A stretch of 63,534 bases of DNA, filler included, from Reclinomonas americana ATCC 50394 (lineage: Eukaryota): NCBI GenBank assembly GCA_048213135.1. It is 7 parts of 5 records of this genome, joined end to end, with 100 filler letters (N's around TTAATTAATTAA, not from the genome) between each part and the next. Parts side by side here need not be neighbours in the genome. Positions count along the whole stretch, not along the records: positions 1 to 28,431 come from PS015135.1; positions 28,532 to 36,748 come from PS015136.1; 5 more parts are not named here. One strand, written 5' to 3'. Below, piece by piece: positions 12,516 through 28,564 of the stretch. Numbering within the stretch: the first letter of the stretch is position 1; the number at the start of each line of letters is the position of its first letter. The position numbers and the translations under genes are program-made. The notes beneath the pieces were generated by a model, which was given only the letters and a program-made list of their open reading frames with translations, ran no database searches and was not told the origin of the DNA.

Positions 12516-15264
12516 AGCTCAGCGCAGAGCAACTTGTGTGCTCGCTTGCTCGCCACCAACTGACCTCCGACAATCTTGCGATAGAGGGCTCGGAAGAAGC
12601 CGCCCACCACACCCGATTGCGCCGCCGGTTCCTCCGCACCCGCTGCCGCCGACGACGGTGCTGATGGAGAGCCACTCCGGTCGCCATCACCCTCGTCGGA
12701 GCCCGCCAGTGATGCTGCGCAGTGGAAAGGGGGAAGTGTGAGGTGGAAGTCAAGAAAAGATGAAGAATTTGAAAAGATCAAAAGCCGCACCGAGACTGGC
12801 TCCCACGGATGGGGGTCGCAACAAGCGCAAAGAAGTCGGCTTGCACAGGTAGTAGCCGTGCTGCATGAAGAGGCGCTGGCCGGCACTGGCCGGCGTCATG
12901 GACGGCGGCGAGAAGACCACGGCACTGCACGGGTTGTTGCTCAGCACCACGGTGCTGCGTGGGAAGCCGGGAACGTGCACATCACTGCTCAATCGAAGAG
13001 GATCAATAAGCATCCCAGAAACGAAGAGGGGGTGACATGGGCGGCGCAACGTGAGTCGCTCGAGGAACAAGTCGAATTGGACCTGGCGATCCGTGTCGTT
13101 GAAGACGTTTTGGTAGCGCCGTTGCAACACCTGCACGCTCACCCTGTCGTGAGCCACCGACGCCGCAGCGAGAACGCAGCACACTGTTGCGCAACAATAA
13201 ATGTGTTGATGGGAGCCGAAGGCAGGTTCGGAGCAAATGCGCGAATGTGCTTGGTGTGCATGGCCGGGCTGTTGGTGTACAGGAGCGACATGATGTCGCC
13301 GACTTGGACTGCACAAAAGAGGAGGGTGAGTCACATTTGCCTGCAGGCCTGTATCTCACTACCCAGCGCAACTGGTGAGCTCGGCCAGTGCGCCGGCCAA
13401 CTGCGGCTGCAGCACACGCTGCAATTCGTTGACCGTCATGCGCAGGAAATACCACTCTTCGGGGAAGTTGAGCTCCGGCGGGAGCTGCACGCCGAGATGC
13501 GAGCCGCCAATCGACTCCTCGTCGCTGAAACGGCGGAAACCTGCAGACACAAACGAGAGAGAGAGAGAGGGAGAAGGGAGTGAGGGAATGGATTCGTGGG
13601 AGTGGACGAAAGGGGGCTCGGCGCACCCTGCAGCACTCGTGTAATGTCTGGCGACGGATCCAGTGTGCCAGTGTCGATGTTGATGCGAGCGTTGATGACG
13701 ATCTCCTNNNNNNNNNNNNNNNNNNNNGGGCCAGGACTTGCAGGCCGGCGACTGCATCCAGCCAAGAAGAATTCAAAGAGAAGAATGAACGAGTGAGGGA
13801 ATGGCAAACACAAAACGACGATCTTCTTCCCACAACTGCAGCACACGTAAACGCAACAAAACACCATGATATTCGTGCGATCGAGCGAATCGGCACAGTT
13901 GATGCGGAAGTAGCCTTTCTGGCGCGCGAACACATTTGGGCCCGACGCGTAACCCACCGGCCGACCGTCCTCATTGAACGTGTACCTGAAAACAGCAAAG
14001 TCACTCGACAGTCATGTGTGCCCGTCGACGGAAAATGCACGTACTTGAGGTAGCCCGACGTGAGACCGTAGTCGCGGAAGAGCGACGACAAGGAGCCCCA
14101 CATGCCGCGCACGGTGTCGTTGAAGCCGAGCGTCTTGCTGTTGGAGTGCCAGTCAAAGTTCATGAACTGCACGTTCAGTTCCATCTCGCTGCGCACGCGG
14201 CGCAGTGCAACTTGATAGTTCTGCGAATGGGCAAGTATGAGACAATGAGTGTGGAGAGAAGGAAGGCGAAGGAAAAGAGAAGGAAGTCGCACCTCCACCA
14301 GCAAGCTCTCCATGTGATCAGGCGTGGACTTGAGCAAACTCACGCAGTGGAATGGCACCGGGCCGTATCGCCCAACCATGTGACGCCAGTACACATCGGT
14401 GTCTGCGTGATGTCACAAGGTGAGAGATCGCATGCTGAACGCGCGGTCATCCGTCCAAGTACGAAACTACGGAAGGGGTCCTTGTCGATGACGATCTCCG
14501 GCTCGGCCACGCTGTGTCGCAAGTGGGTGCGCCAGTGCAGTGGCACGGTGCCACGGCGCAGCACCCAGGTGGCAAACGAGACGCCGACCGGGCTGTGCAT
14601 CATGCAAATCTGCTCCTCCTCGGCCTCGTTACCGGGCCCTGCATCGCCGATCAGTGCGGGTGAGAGAAATGCGATTAAGTGTGCTGACGCTGGATTACGA
14701 AACAGGATTGATCGTTCAGTCCGCGTGCCACGTATCGCGTGCCCGCATTGAAGGAGCTGCGGCGCACAATAATCGCCACCGTGACTGAACGCGTCATGTT
14801 AGAGCAACCGAGCAAGGGTGCGAGTTGACGATGAGGGGGCATAACGCAACTGGAGAGCGAGGGCGCCGACGACGACGGCGACGACGACGGAGCCGCCGTG
14901 TTCATGTAGCGAGAGGCGGCCACGCCCTGGCACAAGACCACGCAGAGGTGGCGGAGTCCGCGGGCGCGGAACGGTGCACTGAGCTCGGCGTTCCACCAGA
15001 ATTCCGGTGAAGGTCTATCGAGGGAAAGGGGAAGGGAGGGGGGAGGGGAATGGATGGTGAGCAAGAGGGAGACTGAGGGGAAGGAGGAGGAGGAGGAGGA
15101 AGAGGAGAAAGAGGAGGAGGAGGAGTGGAAGAAGAACAAGAACAAGAAGAAAAAGAAGAAAAAGACGAAAAAGAGGCAGAGGGAGGAGGAGGAGGAGAAA
15201 AAAGAAGGATGAGCGCAGTAAGAGGTGGAGGGAGGAAGGAAGGAAGGAAAGAAGAGCCACACAC

Positions 15265-15343
<79 letters not shown>

Positions 15344-15745
15344 TACATACTAGTAGGAACGGGAACCGGGCGGTCGGTAGGGTACTACGTAAGGTTCGGT
15401 ACCGGAACCCCGGAAACCNNNNNNNNNNNNNNNNNNNNNNNNNNNNNNNNNNNNNNNNNNNNNNNNNNNNNNNNNNNNNNNNNNNNNNNNNNNNNNNNNN
15501 NNNNNNNNNNNNNNNNNNNNNNNNNNNNNNNNNNNNNNNNNNNNNNNNNNNNNNNNNNNNNNNNNNNNNNNNNNNNNNNNNNNNNNNNNNNNNNNNNNNN
15601 NNNNNNNNNNNNNNNNNNNNNNNNNNNNNNNNNNNNNNNNNNNNNNNNNNNNNNNNNNNNNNNNNNNNNNNNNNNNNNNNNNNNNNNNNNNNNNNNNNNN
15701 NNNNNNNNNNNNNNNNNNNNNNGAGAGAGAGTAGACGAGAGAGAG

Positions 15746-15794
<49 letters not shown>

Positions 15795-15797
15795 GAG

Positions 15798-15844
<47 letters not shown>

Positions 15845-17612
15845 GGAGAGAGAAGCAGAGAGCGGAGAGAAGAGAGAGTCATCATGAGAACGGCGCTGGG
15901 ATCAATGTGCACCGACAGAACCACAAGGGATGGCACCGCCTCCGAGCAGATCGATTACCCACACACTCAACTCCTCAATCGGATGATGCGTCGAGGGGAA
16001 CGGTCGCGTAATATCCGTGGTCTCGCAGTAATAGTGCATGGTGTCCAGCGGGAACTGCGTCAGCATGTCGCACGCCCGCACAAACTCAGCCTCGTGCTGC
16101 GGCTCCGTGACCACGTGATGCAGCGGGATTTTGATCCACTGCGCACACGCACATGCATGAGTTATGTTCACACAATGTGGAGTAGGGATCCAGAGGCGCA
16201 GGCCAACACACAAACCGTCGATTCCATGATGGTGCGCACTCGGTGGCCACCGGGAAGCACCAGATCGTCCTTGACGCGCGTGGCCAGCAACAGCAGCGCA
16301 GTGGCACCGTACACGCGGTAACCAACCAGCGCACAGCCGCGTCTTGATGGTGCAGGCAAGTCAGCACATATGTACATACACGAGTTCGTACGTAAACAGC
16401 AAAACGCAACTGCATGCTGACCACCGGTCCGTGCACCGCCACCAGCGACTCCAGCGCGCCGCCTTCGTTTGGGAACAAATCGCTGCCGGCCAGTGCTGAG
16501 TAGCGCAGTTCGCCGGCCAGTGGATCAATGGCCACCACCTGGCAGTCGCGTCGACCGGCGATGGTGGAGACGAGGAACTGAACGAGACAGGGATGAAGGA
16601 AATGAGTGACGGGGAGGGAGAAAGGGAGGGTGTGTGTGAGAGAGAGACGACACACTTGTCAAAAACGAGGATTGTGCGTGTTATAGACAACACTTGACTT
16701 GGGTCTGAAGAACGACCCAAGTCGCAGTGTGACTATGCGAGACTCTGACGACACACTTGTCAAAAACGAGGAATGCGCATACCACTGACAACATTCAACA
16801 AAGGTGAAGTACTTTGCAAGTTTCTCTCTATGCGCCACAGAGAGAGAGAGAGAGAGAGAGAATGTCGAGAGCCCAAAGAGTTCGCAGACAACTTGCAGTG
16901 CCACTGAAATCCGCAGTTTCTCACCCGCCCGAGTGACCATACATGTCTCCCGCAGCACCACAGAGCGAGAGAGAGTGCGTGTGAGACAGAGGGACAGGCA
17001 CACAGGTCGACAGCGAGGAAATGTGAGTTCGGCAGACAACACGCAACAAAGGAGTCAGAGGAGCCCCATTCTGTCTCCACAAGCCTCTCTACAAATGGCC
17101 GTGCTGTGTGTGTGAGAGAGAGAGAGAGAGAGACAGAGAGAGAGAGACGGAGAGAGACACAGAGAGAGAGAGAGAGAGAGAGAAAGTGATCACAGACAAC
17201 ACAAACAAGAGTCTGAAGACCGCCAATCTCTTTGCGAACCACGCATGTCCCTGACCACCATCACAGAGTGATAGAAAGAGCAAGAGACAACAAGAACAGA
17301 GAGAGACAGCAATCAAAAAAAACTCACCGAGTACCCATCAGTCATCTTGACGACCGCATGCGCCGTCTCCAAATTCATCGGATCCAACCTGTTCACCGGC
17401 GACGCCACGCCCCCCGCTCCGCCTCCAACCGAGGAACCAGACGCCGAAGACGCCGACGTTGCAGGAATCACCACCATCTCCGCACTTTCACCAACAATGT
17501 CCTCTTCTTCTTCTTCTCTCACGGCGTCCTCCGGCTCACGATCGCCATTGCCACTATCAAGCACTGAGCTGGGCTCGTCAATGGCCAACGTGGCTGCGAC
17601 TTGCTCGCTCAT
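8294..17612 (-). CDS. SAC9: SAC9-type phosphoinositide phosphatase with a FYVE-like zinc finger; roughly 30 exons
   Basis: SAC motifs RRSSFNAGTRYVARGLN, GNEAEEEQ and FDWH, plus catalytic RINCADSLDRTN (CX5R with the SAC9-type CADSLDR). SAC9-like blocks YYCETTDITRPFPS, LQRRYQN, LYDFD, LESVRLRLELSPKERD and GEYLIP. FYVE-like CHKC...RKSCRYCRHSFCTKC...RVCSRC at ~10540-10280. Confidence 0.88.
16646..16772. repeat. 26-bp perfect direct repeat pair enclosing a stem-loop, in SAC9 intron 1
   Basis: GACGACACACTTGTCAAAAACGAGGA at 16646-16671 and 16747-16772; inverted repeat GACTTGGGTC (16696-16705) / GACCCAAGTC (16714-16723). Confidence 0.85.
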
Positions 17613-17849
17613 TTTTTTTGGGGGGGGAGAGATGTCGAGCTCTCACACACTCACTCACGCGCGCTCAAAGCACACAGACGATGCGGCGTGTAGGAGGATG
17701 CACGTGTGTGTGTGTGTGACAGACAATGAAGGTTGCGTCTGTCTGTGCGCGCAGGTGAGTTGTGTGTCGTGTGTGTTGTGATTCGAGAGCTCGCGCGCGC
17801 GGGAAATCAAGTTGTCGCCGAAGTCACTTTGACGGTAAGTCGGAGCAAA

Positions 17850-17963
17850 CGCACACACTTCACACACTTGCACATCCTTACGCACACAAACGCACGCGTT
17901 GCACACGTTTGCACACACATTTGCACACTTTTCACACACTTTTGCACACTTGTGCACACTTTT

Positions 17964-18040
<77 letters not shown>
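17850..18040. repeat. Degenerate TTTGCACAC minisatellite grading into (CA)n, in a probable 5'-UTR intron of ARP10
   Basis: Repeated tttgcacac units followed by a long CA tract; candidate donor gtaagt at ~17835 and acceptor tttag at ~18239. Confidence 0.7.
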
Positions 18041-18044
<4 letters not shown>

Positions 18045-18266
18045 TGCACCCACAGGTACACGCACGCACAAGTACACGTTTGTCTGCACACTTTGGCACT
18101 CTGTTGTACACTTCCTCACACACACACACACGCACTCGATCACTCACTCCCTCACTCCCTCACTCCCTCACTCTCGCTCTCTATCATTCGCACTCACTCA
18201 CTCCACTTTGCACACTTCTCACACTTTGGTCGACTTTAGGCGTCGCCTACCTCCACCTTCACCGAG

Positions 18267-21200
18267 ATGAGCAGCGCCGCTGTGCCTCCCTCGTCATCGT
18301 CTGCGAGCGGTGCCACCACTGCTTCTTCCGCTTCCGCTGCTGGTGCTGGTCCTTTGCCTGCACCATCATCTTCGTCATCATCTTCTTCATCTTCCAGTGG
18401 AGAGAATGTTGTCTTGTTGGAGATCGGCTCACGCTTTGTGCGGTGCGGATTCAGTGGAGACGCACGACCGCGATTTCATATTGATTCGCCACCGCTGCTG
18501 TTGGGACCGCATGCGCTCATGTGGCGTGCGCGGGAGCTGTCGGCCAAGCAGCGCAAGCAGTACAAGACGCAGTTGGAGTTGTTCATTCGACACATCTTTC
18601 TCGAGTTGCGCTGACAGTGGCGTGTTGTTTTTTGTTGTTGTGTGTTGTGTTTTCGTGACACGTTCGCACTGCAGCTTCTTCTATGTGGAGCCGCGACACG
18701 TGTCGGCCATTGTGTGCCTCAACTTGCACATTCCCTCGTTCCTGGTGCGCTGTTTGACGGAGATTCTGCAGACGAACTTGCGGGTGAGTGCTGGAAGAGA
18801 AAGGAGGAGGATGGTAGATAGCTGACCAGTCGCTGCTTGCGTACAGATACGGCACTTGCAGTTTCTCACCGCACAGCATGGCGCGATCTATGCCACGGGC
18901 AAGCAGTCGGGGATTGTGATTGACTGTGGGCTGTCGGAGACGCGAGTGCTGCCGGTGTACAACATGCAGTCGTTGGATACGTTTGCCTCGGTGGTGCCGT
19001 TTGGTCACCTCACTGCGCAGCGGGCGCTGGCGCGTGCCGTGGGTGAGTGGAAAGGGGAAGGAATGGGGGAAGGGGAAGGGGTTATGTGAGAAGCGGGTAT
19101 AATTCCTGGCGCACTTCATGTGAAGTCCTCTTTCGTGCACTAACCTTGTCGTCTGAAAGAGTCCTACTGAGACACGTGAGAGGGAGACAGCCACATACCT
19201 TGCTCTTTACCTCTCTCTCTCCTCCATCGTTGGTGGTGTGGAGTTACGGAGCACGAGAGAACGAGCATCATGTGAACAAGACCACCAAATTGCACGAGAG
19301 TACAGCTCCTTTGCGAGTATTGTTTTGGGGGACTTGAGGAGCAAGAGAACAAGAGGCATGGCTGCTGAGAATGAGAGAATTGTGTATGACAACAGCTTCA
19401 TTCTCTCTCACTCCTTCGCAAACATGCGCCTCATACTACAATTATCAATATCGCCCATTTCTATCTGCTACCCACTTTCTTCTTGATTGTGTGAGCAGTA
19501 CGAGAGATGAAGGATTCGTGCCTTGTCTCTTTCTCCCTCCCTCCCTCCCTCCCTCCCTCCCTGCCTCTTCCTCACCCTTGAATTCCCATGTCAGGACTGT
19601 CGATTCCACGCGGCGCACGACCCAACCTCATGCTCACCGCGGAGAGCGGCAACGGCACACCCACACTCCTCTCCGACCCGCGCCTGCTGGAGCCCCTCGA
19701 CTGGGATCCCAACGTGGACCTCGAGTCAATGGCCCTGGCCGCCGCAGTGAGTCCGCTCTCCTCGCAGCCGCCGNNNNNNNNNNNNNNNNNNNNNNNNNNN
19801 NNNNNNNNNNNNNNNNNNNNNNNNNNNNNNNNNNNNNNNNNNNNNNNNNNNNNNNNNNNNNNNNNNNNNNNNNNNNNNNNNNNNNNNNNNNNNNNNNNNN
19901 NNNNNNNNNNNNNNNNNNNNNNNNNNNNNNNNNNNNNNNNNNNNNNNNNNNNNNNNNNNNNNNNNNNNNNNNNNNNNNNNNNNNNNNNNNNNNNNNNNNN
20001 NNNNNNNNNNNNNNNNNNNNNNNNNNNNNNNNNNNNNNNNNNNNNNNNNNNNNNNNNNNNNNNNNNNNNNNNNNNNNNNNNNNNNNNNNNNNNNNNNNNN
20101 NNNNNNNNNNNNNNNNNNNNNNNNNNNNNNNNNNNNNNNNNNNNNNNNNNNNNNNNNNNNNNNNNNNNNNNNNNNNNNNNNNNNNNNNNNNNNNNNNNNN
20201 NNNNNNNNNNNNNNNNNNNNNNNNNTCCGCGACCACTCTCACCTGTCACGCAGTGGATACACCACGTCTCGCGCAACGGTACGCACCGCCGCTCCACTCT
20301 TCCCACTTCGCCTGCTGGCGCCCTCGCCATCGTCGCCGCTGTCGTCCTCTTCGTCGTCCTCATCGCCCAGCACACCCACCGCCGCCAGTTCGGCACGCAC
20401 ACGCGCCGCCTCTACCTGGGCGGCGGCCGACGAGGCCAGTGCCGCGGGTGGGGCGAGATCGAAAAAGCACGTGCGCACAAACATGTCCTCCAGTCGACTG
20501 CACGTAATGGCGCCGTCACTGTCGAGCCACGCGGCGTTGAGTTGCGCCAGCGGTGGGTGGTCGTCGCTGTAGATGACACGATCCTTGCCCACACGCTCCT
20601 CCACCGACTGCGCGAGCATNNNNNNNNNNNNNNNNNNNNNNNNNNNNNNNNNNNNNNNNNNNNNNNNNNNNNNNNNNNNNNNNNNNNNNNNNNNNNNNNN
20701 NNNNNNNNNNNNNNNNNNNNNNNNNNNNNNNNNNNNNNNNNNNNNNNNNNNNNNNNNNNNNNNNNNNNNNNNNNNNNNNNNNNNNNNNNNNNNNNNNNNN
20801 NNNNNNNNNNNNNNNNNNNNNNNNNNNNNNNNNNNNNNNNNNNNNNNNNNNNNNNNNNNNNNNNNNNNNNNNNNNNNNNNNNNNNNNNNNNNNNNNNNNN
20901 NNNNNNNNNNNTGTGAGAGAGGGAGGGGAGACAATTTGCTCATGCGCTGCCCGCAGAGACGTGCACATTCCGGGCATTGTGCGGGGCACTGCTGCGCACT
21001 GCCTCGTGTATGATCACGACGGTGGTGCGGATGGAGAGGGCGCGACGCTGAGCACGGCCATTCTGTCGACGCTGCTGCGCTGTGATCTCGATCTGCGGCG
21101 GGAGCTGGCGGCGAACATTGTCGTGGCGGGCGGTGGCTTCATGATCACTGGCCTCCCCACCGCTTTGCACCGACAGCTCGTGCACGATGTGGAGCACAAG

Positions 21201-21386
21201 GCCGAGTTCGCTGCACTACGAGGTATGTCGTGGAGTGCGGCGTTTCGCCCGCACTGTCTTCCCGTGTGCCCACAGTGTGTGTTTGTGTGCTGTGCAGGCC
21301 TCAAGTCGACACTGATGGTCAGCAAGCTCGCCGTGGATCCATTCCTCACCACGTGGACCGGACTGGCGGTGCACAGCTGTTTGTGA
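18267..21386 (+). CDS. ACTR10: Actin-related protein 10 (dynactin Arp10/Arp11)
   Basis: Actin-fold motifs VVLLEIGSRFVRCGFSGD, GIVIDCGLSETRVLPVY and AILSTLLRCDLDLRRELAANIVVAGG, with C-terminal TTWTG. One internal exon lies inverted at 20243-20619. Confidence 0.85.
19595..19746 (+). other. Orphan exon-like segment inside the ARP10 locus
   Basis: Polypyrimidine tract and cag acceptor, open frame LSIPRGARPNLMLTAESGNGTPTLLSDPRLLEPLDWDPNVDLESMALAAA, gtgagt donor. Not actin-like. Confidence 0.4.
20243..20619 (-). CDS. ACTR10: Internal ARP10 exon on an inverted gap-bounded contig
   Basis: Encodes RLEDMFVRTCFF and DVVYPLRD, Arp10-like motifs. It ends AG|gtgag (phase 2), matching the next plus-strand exon at 20957 (A GAC GTG CAC). 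Confidence 0.8.
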
Positions 21387-21579
21387 CGAGAAACAAATAA
21401 ATAACAAGCGATACTTTACGCGAGAGGAATGTGGGAGACTTCATTATTTCAGCCCGCGGGCGTGGCAGGCGTATTTCACATCTGCCAGCACGGCCCATAA
21501 AAAAATGCAACCCCGCACACACACTCTCTCTGCCGTTAATGTGTCGCCGACTGCGGAACGGGCAGTCGCGAGTGCCTGC

Positions 21580-23413
<1,834 letters not shown>

Positions 23414-23540
23414 GGCTCGCGATCAAGGAAGAATTAGTTGTTGCAGGGCCCTTGAATTCACCGTCCGGCCGATCGGTCGGGCGCGAGGTCTACACAATGA
23501 TAAATACAGAAAACGAGGATATCTGCACGCCCCATGTGCT

Positions 23541-23607
23541 GGCTTGATGGCCACTTTCCACTGTATCCAACGCATCAATACAAACATCGATCTCGACCGC
23601 AGCTGCA
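23541..23607 (-). promoter_or_regulatory. Upstream element shared with 55463-55530
   Basis: Hand alignment to the reverse complement of 55463-55530 gives about 42/56 ungapped identities. Both copies lie about 130 bp upstream of an ATG in the same relative orientation. Confidence 0.5.
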
Positions 23608-24141
23608 TTTTTTCTGCAGGTTTTCGCTTTGGCTTTCACGAGTCGAAACCTGCGATTCGACAGGGACGCTGGCGTCCGCGTTCGCCGGTCCGTGCGTTCG
23701 TGCATGGCACATCTAGACTTCAGCATTGATCCACAAAACAAAGCCAGCCCGCGGCCGGCAATAGGTTTGGGTTTCTGGGACGGCGATCGAATTCGACCTC
23801 GTGCGTCAAGTCGTCGCCGTCTGGATCGCTGCGAAACCGGTTCGGATCCACGACGCAAGCAATATGAGCTGGGTCCGGATCGAGAAGCTATCCGGGATCG
23901 ATCCGGGGATCCGTGGATACGGCAACAAAGACGTCATCCGGATCAACGACCGCGACGTTCGTCGAAGATCACGATCGCCGTTCGAATTCGAGTGCAACAG
24001 TGCTGCCACGGACTGCGGAACAGTGCTCCATCGCGTACGATCACCAGAGCCGTACACTCGGCTCAGAATGGCCAGCTTCGAGCGCAATTGCGATCATCGA
24101 CGTCCTGGATCATTGAAAGTTCGTTTTCTGATAGAGAAGCA

Positions 24142-26624
<2,483 letters not shown>

Positions 26625-26860
26625 GCTTGTGTACATACATGTGCAATAAGGTTAACTATTTAGGAAACGGCAATGCCAATAATCGCTGCTTGCCTTTGTC
26701 GGCGTTTATCAAGCTCTCGTCTCTTCTTCGCTCTGCGAGCATCTATCATCATACCGTAGACGAAGATGGTCGACATTGCCGGGTTTTCGGCAACCACCAG
26801 TCATTTGACAGGACGTGGAACCTGTCATTCATTCGCTGCGACTGAGAGAGAACTCACAAA

Positions 26861-28431
26861 ATGTCGGCCCCCGTCACGCGCGCCAATGCACGTGTGATTA
26901 ACCGCGGCCCCAGCGGAGGTGCTGGTGGCGCACAAGCCGCTCAACAGCAGCAGCAGCAACAGCCGCAGGCGCCGCCCCCACGCGCCAGCGTTGCTTCTTC
27001 TTCTTCGTCCGCCCCTGCTGCTCCTCCTCCGCCACCTCCGGTGGTTTCCGCTGCTGCTCCCCCGCCAGCACCACCACCACAAGCCGCACCAGTTGAGCAG
27101 GCGCAGAGATCACCGCGCTTTGCCACGCCCTCAGGAGAGTCGGAGAAGGCCGCCACCTCCGCCGCCGCATTGTCTGATGGTTTGTGAGACCGCCATGTCC
27201 TCACGCAGGGCGGGCATTCCCCCTCCACACACACACACGCACACGCTCTCCTTCGTCTTCATCGCTCCCCATTGCTGACTGAGGGATTCCACATGAGCGA
27301 GCGAGCGCACACGCGTTCTGACACTTCTTTTTTTGCACGTGCTCCCACACTTCGTCGGTCGCACTCAATCATGCACTAAAATCAACTCTACGCAATCACA
27401 TCGCTCTCTCTCTCTCTCACTCTCGCTCTCTTCTCATACCCCCCCCTTTTTCCTATCCGCGGCGTCGTGTTTGCCGTGTGCTGTGCGTGTCCATCTGACA
27501 AGAGGCGCACATCTCACAGAGGGCGCTCGGAAGCGAGAAGAGTTCGAAATGGCCAAGCAAATGGTTCTGCGCGAGGAGCGATTCTCCGAGGCGCTGGTGC
27601 TGCTGCAGGAGAGCGTGCAGTACTTTGAGGGTGTCATGGGTCCCGATGACGTGCTGGCACTGGAGGCATCGTATTGGCTCGGTGTTGTGCTGTTGGAGTT
27701 GGATCAAGTCGACCGCGCCGAGCAGGTGCTCAGCGAGGCACGTGATCGGTGCCAGCGGGTGTTTGGCAGCTCCAACACGTACACGCTCATGACGGCGTTG
27801 GAGTGCGAAAAGGCACGAAACAGAAACCACACTAGCACCAAAGGTACACGCGCGCGCGCACGCGCTGAGTTCTCGTAAATCGTAATACTCACCACGCTCC
27901 TGTTTGTGTGCTTGTAGCGGCGGCCGAGATGCAGATCCAGGGGCTGACCGAGGACTATGCGCAGCTGCAGCGAGAGAATCAGGAGCTGAAGGATGCGTAC
28001 AGGAAACTGCACGAAGACAACGAGATGCTGCGCGAACAGCACGCCAATGCTCGTGTGCCTGTCGTCGACGAGGGCAATCCACTGAATTTGCCCGCCGGTG
28101 AGTGTCGCGCTGCTGCTCCTCCCCCATCATGCGTGTCACTAACTCTTTCGGGGGCGGCGATGCAGCGGAGACGAGCGCGCATACTGGTGCGCGCAGGGCT
28201 GTGCGCGAAATCATTGACCCACTGAAGCCGTCGGAGATTATCAAGTCTGTCGGCAACCCAGACGAGCACGACAGGCACTCCAAGGACGAGCTTCGTGTGT
28301 CGGTCGCCCAGAGCCTGGAGCAGTGGACTGTTGCGTTGCAGCCACTGGTTCGTGATGGTGCAGCGGCGGTCGGCGCCGCCGAGGGCTCCTACCATCGACG
28401 CCTGCATCAGCGCGTCAGAAAGGTGGCACGC
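26861..28431 (+). CDS. Pro/Ala-rich N-terminus, kinesin-light-chain-like TPR pair and coiled coil; 3' truncated
   Basis: RFSEALVLLQESVQYFEGVMGPDD...LGVVLLELDQVDRAEQVLSEARDRCQRVFGSSNTYT fits the TPR pattern; EMQIQGLTEDYAQLQRENQELKDAY is heptad-like. Confidence 0.7.
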
Positions 28432-28475
28432 NNNNNNNNNNNNNNNNNNNNNNNNNNNNNNNNNNNNNNNNNNNN

Positions 28476-28487
28476 TTAATTAATTAA
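28476..28487. other. Artificial scaffold linker TTAATTAATTAA flanked by 44 Ns; also at 36793, 44322, 47267, 57665 and 62168
   Basis: Identical six-frame-stop 12-mer centred in 100-bp N spacers; genes are truncated at the linkers. Confidence 0.97.
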
Positions 28488-28564
28488 NNNNNNNNNNNNN
28501 NNNNNNNNNNNNNNNNNNNNNNNNNNNNNNNTCGCTGTTCCACCCCTCTCACTCCTCACACAGG

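Noticed and set aside
16646-16772. CRISPR-like repeat-spacer-repeat
   Set aside because: Only two repeats, a 75-bp spacer, an intronic eukaryotic context and no cas genes.
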